Shown here: piece after piece, positions 9,821-18,326 of the stretch | How the letters are laid out: each line of letters starts with the position of its first letter | Numbering within the stretch: position 1 is the stretch's first letter | DNA from: Sulfolobales archaeon | GTDB lineage: Archaea > Thermoproteota > Thermoprotei_A > Sulfolobales > NBVN01 | Assembly (NCBI GenBank): GCA_038841535.1 | Contig: JAWBTQ010000003.1 | Span: 1 to 64,000 of the forward strand | Direction: 5' to 3' | DNA length: 64,000 nt | Made by a program: the position numbers and the translations under genes | The notes under the pieces: model-generated | The model's database searches: none | The model's input: the letters and a program-made list of their open reading frames with translations, nothing else | Told to the model about the DNA's origin: nothing

Positions 9821-11188
9821 GTGGTGGGGATGAAGGAACCGTATAGAGTTGGTTGGAAGGATATTGCCGCTCTAATTGAGGCAGTATTAAAAGCAGAGTC
9901 TGTTAAGCCCGTTCAACAAGCTAGGAGAGACGCCTTTAAGGCTTTAGGGATACTAGGGACCAGGAGGGACCCCCCGTTAACTGCTATATTCTATGGAATC
10001 ATGCTTAGACTTGGGATAGTCGATAAAGTAGTGGAGGACCTAACCGGCTCTAGAAGTCCTCTTCTTTTAGATCCGAGACTTAGAGCTGCTCTAAGAGTCT
10101 TCATCTACCTAGAGCTATTCGCTAAAGATAGAATAATCTACAGTAGGAAGCTAGAGTGCTTAAAGAGAACGGCGTCGTGGCTTTCCTCTCGAGCCCACCC
10201 GTACGTAGGGATGTGGTTCGTAGACGCTGTTAAAAGCTTATCCACGTATACGCTTACCCCCAAAACACCTAGCGAGGAGCTCATGTTTAAGTACTTACTT
10301 CCAGCCTGGTACGTAAGAAAAGTCTTTGAGTTGATAGGTGAGAGCGAAGGTGATAAGTTACTGAAGTCATTCATGGAGAAGCCTAAGATATCCATTCGAG
10401 TAAACATTCTCAAGTCCAGTGTCGAAGAAGTACTCATGAGTTTAAAAACCAAGGGAAAACCTGAGATCTCAAAGGCAGTACCCACGGTGCTAAAATTCGA
10501 CGGTCCATACAACTTCGATAAGTCGGAGCTCTTTAGGAGCGGTAAAATAGTAATACAGGAAGAGCCAGCAGCACTAGCAACCTTAATTCTCAACCCGAGA
10601 CCTAGCGACGTAGTCGTAGACCTAGCAGCAGCACCAGGTGGTAAAACAGAGCATATGGGTGAGCTAATGAGAAACCGGGGTGTAATACACGCCTTCGACA
10701 TCGATGAAGCTAGAATGAAGAAACTAGAGGATTTAGTCAGAAGAGCTGGGATAACTATAGTTAAGACCTATATTAAAGACGGTCGCGAAGCACCTAGAGT
10801 ACTTGGAGAGGAGATCGCGGATAGAGTCTTAGTTGACGCACCATGTACTTCTGATGGAACTCTAGCTAAAAACCCAGACCTCAGGTGGAGGTTGATGGAG
10901 GATGAAGTAGCTAAGCTTAGCCAGCTTCAGTACGAGCTCTTGAAAGCTGCACTAAAGCTAGTCAAGCCAGGTGGATACATCCTCTACACAACGTGCACTC
11001 TACTTAGAGAAGAGAACGAAGAAGTAGTCAAGAGATTTCTAGAGAAAGAGGGTAAAAAAGTGAGATTACTTTCACTCGAGGGTCCTTACGATAAGGGTTT
11101 CTTACCCGGTACTATGAGGGTTTGGCCCCACATCCATAAAACGATAGGCTTCTTTTACGCACTATTACAAAAGGTAGATAGAAGCTAG
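9821..11188 (+). CDS. RsmB/NOL1/NOP2/Sun RNA m5C methyltransferase
   Basis: DLAAAPGGKT, DAPCTSDG, YTTCTL..ENE. Confidence 0.95.
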   Translation: MVGMKEPYRVGWKDIAALIEAVLKAESVKPVQQARRDAFKALGILGTRRDPPLTAIFYGIMLRLGIVDKVVEDLTGSRSPLLLDPRLRAALRVFIYLELFAKDRIIYSRKLECLKRTASWLSSRAHPYVGMWFVDAVKSLSTYTLTPKTPSEELMFKYLLPAWYVRKVFELIGESEGDKLLKSFMEKPKISIRVNILKSSVEEVLMSLKTKGKPEISKAVPTVLKFDGPYNFDKSELFRSGKIVIQEEPAALATLILNPRPSDVVVDLAAAPGGKTEHMGELMRNRGVIHAFDIDEARMKKLEDLVRRAGITIVKTYIKDGREAPRVLGEEIADRVLVDAPCTSDGTLAKNPDLRWRLMEDEVAKLSQLQYELLKAALKLVKPGGYILYTTCTLLREENEEVVKRFLEKEGKKVRLLSLEGPYDKGFLPGTMRVWPHIHKTIGFFYALLQKVDRS

Positions 11189-11212
11189 ACACTGAGCAGA
11201 ATAACCTATAAG

Positions 11213-11416
11213 CTAGCTACTAGGTGCGGCTTTTCTAGGCACCGATGAGGGAGGTACTACGGCCGGTACCGGCAGACCCGACTCTTTTCTCTTCCTAACC
11301 CAGTATTCTCTCCTGTTCCTCTGCCTTGGAGGTAGGTTCCTTCTAGGTTTTGCGGGTATTTTTGGTGTTGCGTTTCTCACCTTACCAGCTTTCGTCATGG
11401 ACCCGTGTGTAGGCGT
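11213..11416 (-). CDS. rps30e: 30S ribosomal protein eS30 (probable ACG start)
   Basis: (M)[18 protein letters not shown]; conserved N-terminus begins at ACG 7 nt after GGTGA. Confidence 0.9.
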   Translation of the reverse strand, partial: TPTHGSMTKAGKVRNATPKIPAKPRRNLPPRQRNRREYWVRKRKESGLPVPAVVPPSSVPRKAAPSS

Positions 11417-11478
11417 TTTGCTTTCACCTGGTTCTATCTATACCAACAAGCTTATAAAGCTAACAAACTTCTCATTGG

Positions 11479-11676
11479 CTATAGGTTAGCCCGCTTTGCG
11501 CTTTCGACACCTTCGGGCTTGTGCTCTCCCCTAGCAATTACTCTGTACTTAACATACTTGTCAATAGGTGAGAACCTGGGTGGACTGGCAACTACCGTCG
11601 TACTTCCGCATTTAGGACACTGTTCTTTCAGAGTGTAGTTTCCGCACTTGATGCACTTTCTTATAAGAAACCTAAC
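11479..11676 (-). CDS. nop10: H/ACA RNP protein Nop10 (no canonical start; GTT inferred); absent from the ORF track
   Basis: RFLIRKCIKCGNYTLKEQCPKCG..PPRFSPIDKYVKYR, immediately downstream of aIF2alpha as in the conserved operon. Confidence 0.92.
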   Translation of the reverse strand, partial: VRFLIRKCIKCGNYTLKEQCPKCGSTTVVASPPRFSPIDKYVKYRVIARGEHKPEGVESAKRANL

Positions 11677-12469
11677 TGAGCTTCACCCTCTCGAAGCTGA
11701 AGCTTACGTTAAACTTTTTACTCAAGTTCTCAGCTCTCTTTACGAGCTCTGCTAGCTTACTCTCGAGAACCTTGTAATCTGTTCCTACTAGCTCGATTCT
11801 GTATCTTGGGGCACCCTCAGAGTACACTCTAACTCTAACATCGTCTCCAACATCTTCATCTAGCAACTTTAGTAACTCCTTAATTCTGTAGATGCCGTCC
11901 GACTCGTAGGTAGTTAAAACGAGTCTACAATCGATCCTGACGTGCTTGGGTTTAATATGCTTAGGTATTTCCTCCATTAACCCCGAGACCCATTCGTCCG
12001 GGACTCCAGCACTCCTAAGAACGCTGTCTCCCATAACTGAGGCGTCTTCAAACGCGGATAGAACGTCTCCGTAGAACTCCTCTAGCTTCCACCAAACTCT
12101 GGAGTATGCCTCTTCGAGACTCTTGCCGAGCTTCTTAGCGACTATCTCTAAGATCTTCTCGGCTCTGTTAACGCGCTTCCACTCTCTCAGCTTCCTCCTA
12201 CGCTCTACCTCAGCCACTCTCTTTAAAGATACGTCTACTTGGTTCTTCTTTCTATCTACTCTTATGACTTTTACTACAACCTTCTGGCCCTCCCTAATAA
12301 CCTCACGTATGTTCTTAACCCACTTACTGCTAACTTCGTTCCATGGGAGGTAGGCCTCGAGGTTACCGTATTCGTCTAGCTTAACGTACGCTCCTAAGTC
12401 AAATACTTTGTCTACTGTTGCTACGCAGAGCTCGTTGATAGATGGTAGAATCTCCTTTCTTTTAACCAA
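11672..12469 (-). CDS. eif2a: Translation initiation factor aIF2 alpha
   Basis: N-terminal S1 domain GAYVKLDEY..VDVSLKRV; GAPRYRI; synteny. Confidence 0.96.
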   Translation of the reverse strand: MVKRKEILPSINELCVATVDKVFDLGAYVKLDEYGNLEAYLPWNEVSSKWVKNIREVIREGQKVVVKVIRVDRKKNQVDVSLKRVAEVERRRKLREWKRVNRAEKILEIVAKKLGKSLEEAYSRVWWKLEEFYGDVLSAFEDASVMGDSVLRSAGVPDEWVSGLMEEIPKHIKPKHVRIDCRLVLTTYESDGIYRIKELLKLLDEDVGDDVRVRVYSEGAPRYRIELVGTDYKVLESKLAELVKRAENLSKKFNVSFSFERVKLS

Positions 12470-12475
12470 AGCCTT

Positions 12476-12673
12476 CTACCCCAGAACTCTTACAACCTCA
12501 CCAAGGACTTTAGCTTTACCACCTGTAGGTACTGCCAGCAGGGAACTACAAACAAAGCACTTAACTGGAAAGGTAGCATGATCAAAAACTATCTGCTCAT
12601 TACCGCAAGATGGACACTTAATCCTTAAGAACCTACTCTTCGGTATTGGGATCAGGATCTTTCTCTTCTTCAT
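12476..12673 (-). CDS. rps27e: 30S ribosomal protein eS27
   Basis: [26 protein letters not shown]. Confidence 0.97.
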   Translation of the reverse strand: MKKRKILIPIPKSRFLRIKCPSCGNEQIVFDHATFPVKCFVCSSLLAVPTGGKAKVLGEVVRVLG

Positions 12674-12957
12674 CTAACCACCTCGACTAGGTCTACTTTC
12701 TTAAGCCTTATACCTCTTCTGTGCTGCATATAGCCGCACTTATTGCATTTCAACTTCAACACTATCTTCTTCGTTACCTTAGCGAACCTCTTTTGCTCCG
12801 GCTTACGCTTGCTTCCATAGCCTTCCTGCTTGCGCCTATATCTACGCTCACCCTCAGCTAGAGACCTCCTTCTGCCGTGTTTATATATCGACACACTGTG
12901 CTCTGTATGTGTCCCGCATTTCCGGCAGTACGTCCTAATTACCTTAGGTACTCTCAA
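12670..12957 (-). CDS. rpl44e: 50S ribosomal protein eL42 (L44e)
   Basis: [30 protein letters not shown]. Confidence 0.97.
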   Translation of the reverse strand: MRVPKVIRTYCRKCGTHTEHSVSIYKHGRRRSLAEGERRYRRKQEGYGSKRKPEQKRFAKVTKKIVLKLKCNKCGYMQHRRGIRLKKVDLVEVVR

Positions 12958-13173
12958 CGCCCACTCCTCTAACTATTAGCTAAAGCGATTTAAAAGCTAT
13001 ATCGGGCTACACCACACTAATTAATGCCCAGCTCCTCCCACTCTATATAAAGAGAAATAATTGGACACAAAAACGAAACTCGACCTCTTTGAGAGTGCTC
13101 GAGTACTATAAATAGACATTAAAAAGAGTACGAGTTCAAAGCTTTTAAGCTGCAACACTGATAAAATAGGATA

Positions 13174-13263
13174 GGGCCCGTAGCTCAGCCAGGTGGAGCG
13201 GCGGACCAAGGGCCGAGGCTCTTAACCCGTAGGTCCCGGGTTCAAATCCCGGCGGGCCCGCCA
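13174..13263 (+). tRNA. tRNA-Lys(CTT) with 13-nt intron at position 30/31 (13205-13217)
   Basis: Removing ACCAAGGGCCGAG restores GCGGG CTCTTAA CCCGT; BHB motif present. Confidence 0.93.
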
Positions 13264-13503
13264 CAACAATAATTAAAGTGGCAACCCCCGACTAGGTCTA
13301 GTTACCTATCACCAAAACACCTACTTTAGAAACTTTACGAGAACCCTAACTTCCATGACAGCATTCAGATAGAACAAAATCTCTTGAACTAGAGAAATCG
13401 AGCCTAGTAGCAGGTGAGGACGCGAGATCTAGTTAATTTTGTTTATTAGGGAATGCCGCAGCACATCGAAGAGCTCCTCGCACCATTAAACTTCATGTGT
13501 GAC

Positions 13504-14439
13504 CTATAATGTAGCTCTACTCTGACTAGGGAGCAATAACCACTCTATCTTTGATTCGTCGAGGTTTACTATAGAATTACCTGAGGTATTCGTAGCAATA
13601 GCTCCCTCTATACTCAGTAGTGTCCCCACCGGTAGCTCTACAAACCTCAGTCGGTGTGTGAGCAAGTGTAAGTCCTTATTGACTAGAGTTGAAGCTCTAA
13701 CTACATCAGCTCTTAGAATCGCCGGAGTTCTATAGTCGCTCTCAGTTATTTTAACAACTAGTTCAGCTCTTCTAAAGTCTACGTAAGGACCAAGAAACCC
13801 CCTTACTCTACTACAATCTACTATCCTTATGGTTACCTTTCTTCTCTTATATACACCCTGAAGATATCTTTTCGTGATCAGCTCGGCGTGTTTCTTTAAT
13901 TCGAGAGACTCGGATACTTCCATTGCCTCGCGGATTGCCTCATTGAAGTCTAAGTGTTTAAGCACTCCTAGGGAATACAAAGAGGATATCCTACTATAAG
14001 CGTCTGGACTATTTAAGCAATGTATATCTACGTCTGACTCAGCACTACTGTAACCACCTAAGTGTGACCCAGCTATTCCACAACTTAACCCCAGCAAGTC
14101 GAATGTTTGGATAATCTGTCGCAGGAAAGCGTTACCGCAACTCCGACCATCAATTGACCACCTGCGTACCTCAAGCACATCTCCTACTGGGACTATGGGG
14201 ACATCTCTACCTATCTCTGGAAGATTCCTAATGTAGTGAAGGTAATACCTTTTAATCATCTCCTCCACCTCCATAAGTCGTTTGAGCTTTTTACCATCTA
14301 CAACTCTAGGTATAGCGACGAAACCCTCATGAGGATGTACGCAACCTTTTACTACCCACACACTTCCGTCTCTGTGTCTCACTATATCGCCTTCAGTTAG
14401 TTGCTTTATGTAACTGTTTCGGTTTTCATATCTGCTCAT
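13504..14439 (-). CDS. Predicted nucleotidyltransferase (archaeal uncharacterised family); start now inside a mini-element
   Basis: EGD..VKGCVHP; GIAGS..SDVDI Pol-beta-like motif. Confidence 0.75.
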   Translation of the reverse strand: MSRYENRNSYIKQLTEGDIVRHRDGSVWVVKGCVHPHEGFVAIPRVVDGKKLKRLMEVEEMIKRYYLHYIRNLPEIGRDVPIVPVGDVLEVRRWSIDGRSCGNAFLRQIIQTFDLLGLSCGIAGSHLGGYSSAESDVDIHCLNSPDAYSRISSLYSLGVLKHLDFNEAIREAMEVSESLELKKHAELITKRYLQGVYKRRKVTIRIVDCSRVRGFLGPYVDFRRAELVVKITESDYRTPAILRADVVRASTLVNKDLHLLTHRLRFVELPVGTLLSIEGAIATNTSGNSIVNLDESKIEWLLLPSQSRATL

Positions 14440-14683
14440 GTCTGTCGATATTGATCGAAACATTTATAAGCACCTCATGGTGATATGCGTGGATGTACAT
14501 AGATGAGGGGTCGAGAGCCACTCGATGATCTAGATGACGGCTCTCCCCGAGATACTCAAGATGTGGGGTGCTAGGGGTCGCCCCGAACGCCCCCGAGCCC
14601 GATGAGGCCCCGAGCGGAATGCGGGAGAAAGAGGGTGAGGCAATGAAGTCAACCGATATAAACCTATACAAGAGCTTAACCCC
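14421..14683 (+). mobile_element. Type-1 tnpB-derived mini-element
   Basis: Follows CTGTTTC; GGTTTTCATATCT...AGAGCTTAACCCC; omega block close to 189-318. Confidence 0.85.
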
Positions 14684-14724
14684 CTACCATGGCTTCATAA
14701 CCTAAATGGCGGTGTCATGGGTGT

Positions 14725-14778
14725 TCAGCCAAGGATAGCCGGCTCACTTTCATCGCTTCGGCTCTTCTTCATCATCAT
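14725..14778 (-). ncRNA. C/D-box sRNA candidate targeting the 23S peptidyl-transferase region
   Basis: ATGATGA...CTGA with TATA upstream; guides GAAGAGCCGA and TATCCTTGG are antisense to this window's 23S. Confidence 0.7.
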
Positions 14779-14832
14779 AAAGCTATCGTGTTTAAAGGTT
14801 AAAAATTGGTGCTACCAGGAGGCTGTTAAGTA

Positions 14833-16044
14833 TTATACACCTAGAGACTCTACAAACTCTTTAATTCTCTCCGCGCCTTCCTCGATTAGCTTAGCGTCTA
14901 CCGCAAAACTGAGCCTGATGAAGTCCTTGCCAGCCTTGTCTGGGAACGCTGTTCCAGGTAAAGTGACTACGTACTTAGCATAGAGTAGCTTCTCAACGAA
15001 CTCTTCGACAGCAAGTCCAGCTGAGTCGAGGACCTTTCTAATTCTTGGGAAGATGTAAAACGCTCCAGTGCTTGGCCATACTTCAAGACCTTTTATTTCA
15101 CTTAGCTTCCTAGCGATGACGTCTCTACGGTACTGGAAGAGCCTAATCATCTCTTTAACGGGTTCCCACGGTCCTCTCAGTGCCGCTATTGCTGCTCTCT
15201 GAGCAAACGATACGGGGCAAGACCAAATGTTTACAGCTAACCTAGTTAGTTTTGTTGCTACTTCCTCTCTAATGACTAGATAGCCCAACCTCCACCCAGT
15301 CATCGAGAACGTCTTAGAGAAGCCATTTATGTAAAGTAGGTGGTCCCTCCAGTCACCGAAAGTTAGAAACGACCTAAACGGCTGGTTATCGTAGATAAAG
15401 TTATCGTATATCTCGTCTACCAGTAGCATTATATTGTGCTCTCTAGCTATCTCAAATATTCTCTCAACCTGCGAAGGAGTGAAGAGCGCGCCCGTCGGAT
15501 TATGCGGGTTGTTGACTACGATGACCTTAGTTTTAGAAGTTATTGCTGTCTCTATGGCTTCAACGTCTAGAGCGAAGCCTCCAGTAGGTCCTAGCCACTT
15601 AAGCGGGATGAACACGGGTTTAGCCCCTATAAATCTGGCGACCTCGGGATATGCCGGATAGGAGGGCTCAGGTACTATTACTTCATCTCCAGGATTTAAG
15701 TACGCTGAGAGTGCGAGAAATATAGCACCCTTAGCACCCGGTGTTACTATCACCTCCGATGATTTGACGTCAGCTCTATATCTTTCGTTTAGATACCCAG
15801 TTATAACCTCTCTAAGCTCCCTAATTCCAGGAGTTTCGGTATACCCTGTAAACTTAGCATCAAGAGATTTCTTAGCTTCATCGATGATGTGTTGAAATGT
15901 GGGAATGTCTGGCTGTCCAACACCAAAGCTTATCACCTTATGACCCGCCCTCTCGAGTTCACGAGCTTTAGCTATGTACACGAAAGCTACCTCACCTAAA
16001 AGCTCGGCGATTATTGGCTTCATATTGAGAGTAGGTGCCTTCAT
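14833..16044 (-). CDS. aspC: Aspartate aminotransferase (class I PLP)
   Basis: NNPHNPTG, DEIYD, GFSKTFSMTGWRLG. Confidence 0.92.
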   Translation of the reverse strand: MKAPTLNMKPIIAELLGEVAFVYIAKARELERAGHKVISFGVGQPDIPTFQHIIDEAKKSLDAKFTGYTETPGIRELREVITGYLNERYRADVKSSEVIVTPGAKGAIFLALSAYLNPGDEVIVPEPSYPAYPEVARFIGAKPVFIPLKWLGPTGGFALDVEAIETAITSKTKVIVVNNPHNPTGALFTPSQVERIFEIAREHNIMLLVDEIYDNFIYDNQPFRSFLTFGDWRDHLLYINGFSKTFSMTGWRLGYLVIREEVATKLTRLAVNIWSCPVSFAQRAAIAALRGPWEPVKEMIRLFQYRRDVIARKLSEIKGLEVWPSTGAFYIFPRIRKVLDSAGLAVEEFVEKLLYAKYVVTLPGTAFPDKAGKDFIRLSFAVDAKLIEEGAERIKEFVESLGV

Positions 16045-16145
16045 AGACTACTCCCATAATAGATTACCTATGCTATAAAAATCCATGTCTAGTACATATT
16101 TAGAGTAAGGAACTGTTTAGCCATCTAAATGCTTATTTCTCAGAC

Positions 16146-17180
16146 ATGAGTATCTACTTGGAGGACCTAATGAAGCCCAAAGTCTTTATAACTAGGGAGC
16201 TATTCGATGATATAATCGAAAGAATATCGCAGTATTACGATGTTAACGTATGGGATAGATATCAGCAACCGCCTTATGAAGTACTCCTCCGCCAAGTCCG
16301 AGAAGTAGACGCATTAGTATCCTTACTTACTGACAGAATTGACTGCAGTCTCCTTCAGAACGCACCTAAACTTCGTATAGTTGCTCAATACGCTGTGGGC
16401 TTCGATAATATCGACGTAGAATGCGCTACTAAGCTTGGAATATACATAACTAACACACCAGGAGTTTTAACAGAGTCAACAGCGGAACTCGCTTGGGCTC
16501 TAATACTTGCTGTTAGTAGGAGAATAGTGGAGTCTGACGTATTCGTGAGATGGGGTGAGTGGTATAGAATTAAAACAGCGTGGCATCCTAAGATGATGCT
16601 GGGAGTAGAGCTAAAAGGCAAGATTTTGGGAGTTATAGGACTTGGTAGAATAGGTAGGCGTGTTGCTGAAATAGGATCTCGAGGTTTTGGGATGAAAGTC
16701 ATCTACTATGATGTCATTAGAAACTACGAAGTCGAGAGAGAGCTTGGGATAGAGTTCAGGGAGCTGCCTGAGTTACTTAAGGAAGCCGATGTCGTATCTA
16801 TACATGTACCCCTCACCCAAGAAACCAGACACTTGATAGACGAGAAAACACTCAAACTTATGAAGAGATCGGCCATTCTAGTAAACACCTCAAGAGGTGC
16901 TGTAGTAGACACAGAAGCTCTCGTAAAGGCTCTGAGAGATGGTTGGATAGCGGGTGCTGGGTTAGACGTTTTCGAGGAGGAACCATTAAACCCGAATCAC
17001 CCTCTAACAGCTCTAAAGAACGTAGTGATAGTGCCTCACATAGGAAGTGCTACGTATGAGGCAAGACACGCTATGGCAGAAGCAGTCGCCGATAACTTGA
17101 TATCCTTCTACAAGGGGCAGGTCCCACCCAACCTAGTTAACGCAAAAGTAGTTAATCAGCGAGCACCCGGTTTTAAGTAG
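16146..17180 (+). CDS. gyaR: Glyoxylate reductase / D-2-hydroxyacid dehydrogenase
   Basis: GLGRIG, NTSRGAVVD, LDVFEEEP, PHIGSAT. Confidence 0.92.
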   Translation: MSIYLEDLMKPKVFITRELFDDIIERISQYYDVNVWDRYQQPPYEVLLRQVREVDALVSLLTDRIDCSLLQNAPKLRIVAQYAVGFDNIDVECATKLGIYITNTPGVLTESTAELAWALILAVSRRIVESDVFVRWGEWYRIKTAWHPKMMLGVELKGKILGVIGLGRIGRRVAEIGSRGFGMKVIYYDVIRNYEVERELGIEFRELPELLKEADVVSIHVPLTQETRHLIDEKTLKLMKRSAILVNTSRGAVVDTEALVKALRDGWIAGAGLDVFEEEPLNPNHPLTALKNVVIVPHIGSATYEARHAMAEAVADNLISFYKGQVPPNLVNAKVVNQRAPGFK

Positions 17181-17586
17181 GCATTAACTTCACGGTCAAT
17201 TCCTCTAGCTCTTCTTTTTCTTTGAGAATCCACGCTCTCACTGAGCACTCTATCTCATCTATGATTATCCAAGGAATTGGCCATAATCTCATGCCCTCCA
17301 AGTCTAGCAAGCTCGGTAAAGTTCCTTGTTTGTGGGTATGCACTAAAGCGACAACTTCATATCCTCCGAGCTCAGAATACTTAAAAGCCTCAATTATAGC
17401 TGCTGGGTCTAGATGAAACTTGTTGCTCTCTTTAGACAAATTCTCGCCTATGATGATGTCTTCAACAATTACTCGCCCGCCCTCATTAAAGCCTACGCCT
17501 AAACCAACAACCTCCTTTCCGTAGTGTTCTGCTAAACTACACGCAATATCTACAAGGTGTTTAGGTAGTACTATCAGAAAGGTAAT
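17173..17586 (-). CDS. JAMM/MPN+ metalloprotease; true start upstream of the ORF-track TTG and non-canonical
   Basis: GKEVVG (catalytic Glu) ... HTHKQGTLPSLLD; ATT 17586 or CTG 17577 candidate starts. Confidence 0.75.
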   Translation of the reverse strand: MTFLIVLPKHLVDIACSLAEHYGKEVVGLGVGFNEGGRVIVEDIIIGENLSKESNKFHLDPAAIIEAFKYSELGGYEVVALVHTHKQGTLPSLLDLEGMRLWPIPWIIIDEIECSVRAWILKEKEELEELTVKLMPT

Positions 17587-17590
17587 GACC

Positions 17591-17845
17591 CTACCCCACT
17601 CTAGAGAGAGCTCTTCTAATGTCGAGAGGTAGATCTTTATACTCCACTACAACTTCTTTTACGTCCTTAAATGACGAATGCTCCAGCAGATCCCACTCCT
17701 CTTCTTTGTCTCCTACTGAGTACCTACCTCTAAGCGAGCTGTGCACAATTACAAACCTTCCACGAGGGGTAGATACGACCTCGCAAACTCCTTCCTTTCC
17801 TCCTTTTCTGAACCTGTAAACAGCTTCTCTACTGGTTTTGAGCAT
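17591..17845 (-). CDS. Hypothetical protein
   Basis: ATG with GGAGGGG SD and TATA upstream. Confidence 0.65.
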   Translation of the reverse strand: MLKTSREAVYRFRKGGKEGVCEVVSTPRGRFVIVHSSLRGRYSVGDKEEEWDLLEHSSFKDVKEVVVEYKDLPLDIRRALSRVG

Positions 17846-17909
17846 ACTGACCCCCTCCTACGTTAGTGCTTAAAATAAAAGCGTTGAGATAGAGACTAGC
17901 GTGAAGCCG

Positions 17910-17960
17910 ATGATGTGTACCCGGCAAGTAGGTAGCGATGCCTTATCAGTGTTACTCTGA
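17910..17960 (+). ncRNA. C/D-box sRNA candidate
   Basis: ATGATGT...GCGATGC...CTGA; guide TACCCGGCAAG (11 nt) antisense to 23S near 26348-26358. Confidence 0.5.
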
Positions 17961-18308
17961 GGTCGAAGCAGTGCTGTGTTCGTGTTCTCTGCAATACTCT
18001 CTGATGAAAGCTGAGATCTCCTCGTATAGCTCCTCCGGGTTCACCGAGCACTCTATTTCCCTGACTAAGTAAGAAATAGATCTAAGCACTCCAAGAACTT
18101 CTGCGCCCTCTATAACCACTTTTTTCCCGGAAGGCAAAGCTAATTCCCCAGAATAGCACACTCTACCTTCGCCTACTGTAACACTTTTATCGCAACTAAA
18201 GCAGTACGGTAAGCCGGGAATGTCTCCTACAGCGTGCGGCTCTTCAGAGCAGACTACAACTACTTTAAGGAAGTCTCGCACTACGTGTTCCCTAAAGTGC
18301 GCACCCAC
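17952..18308 (-). CDS. Hypothetical protein downstream of stomatin
   Basis: ORF co-oriented with the nfeD-stomatin pair. Confidence 0.55.
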   Translation of the reverse strand: MGAHFREHVVRDFLKVVVVCSEEPHAVGDIPGLPYCFSCDKSVTVGEGRVCYSGELALPSGKKVVIEGAEVLGVLRSISYLVREIECSVNPEELYEEISAFIREYCREHEHSTASTSE

Positions 18309-18326
18309 CCTAGGAGCACCGGCCCC

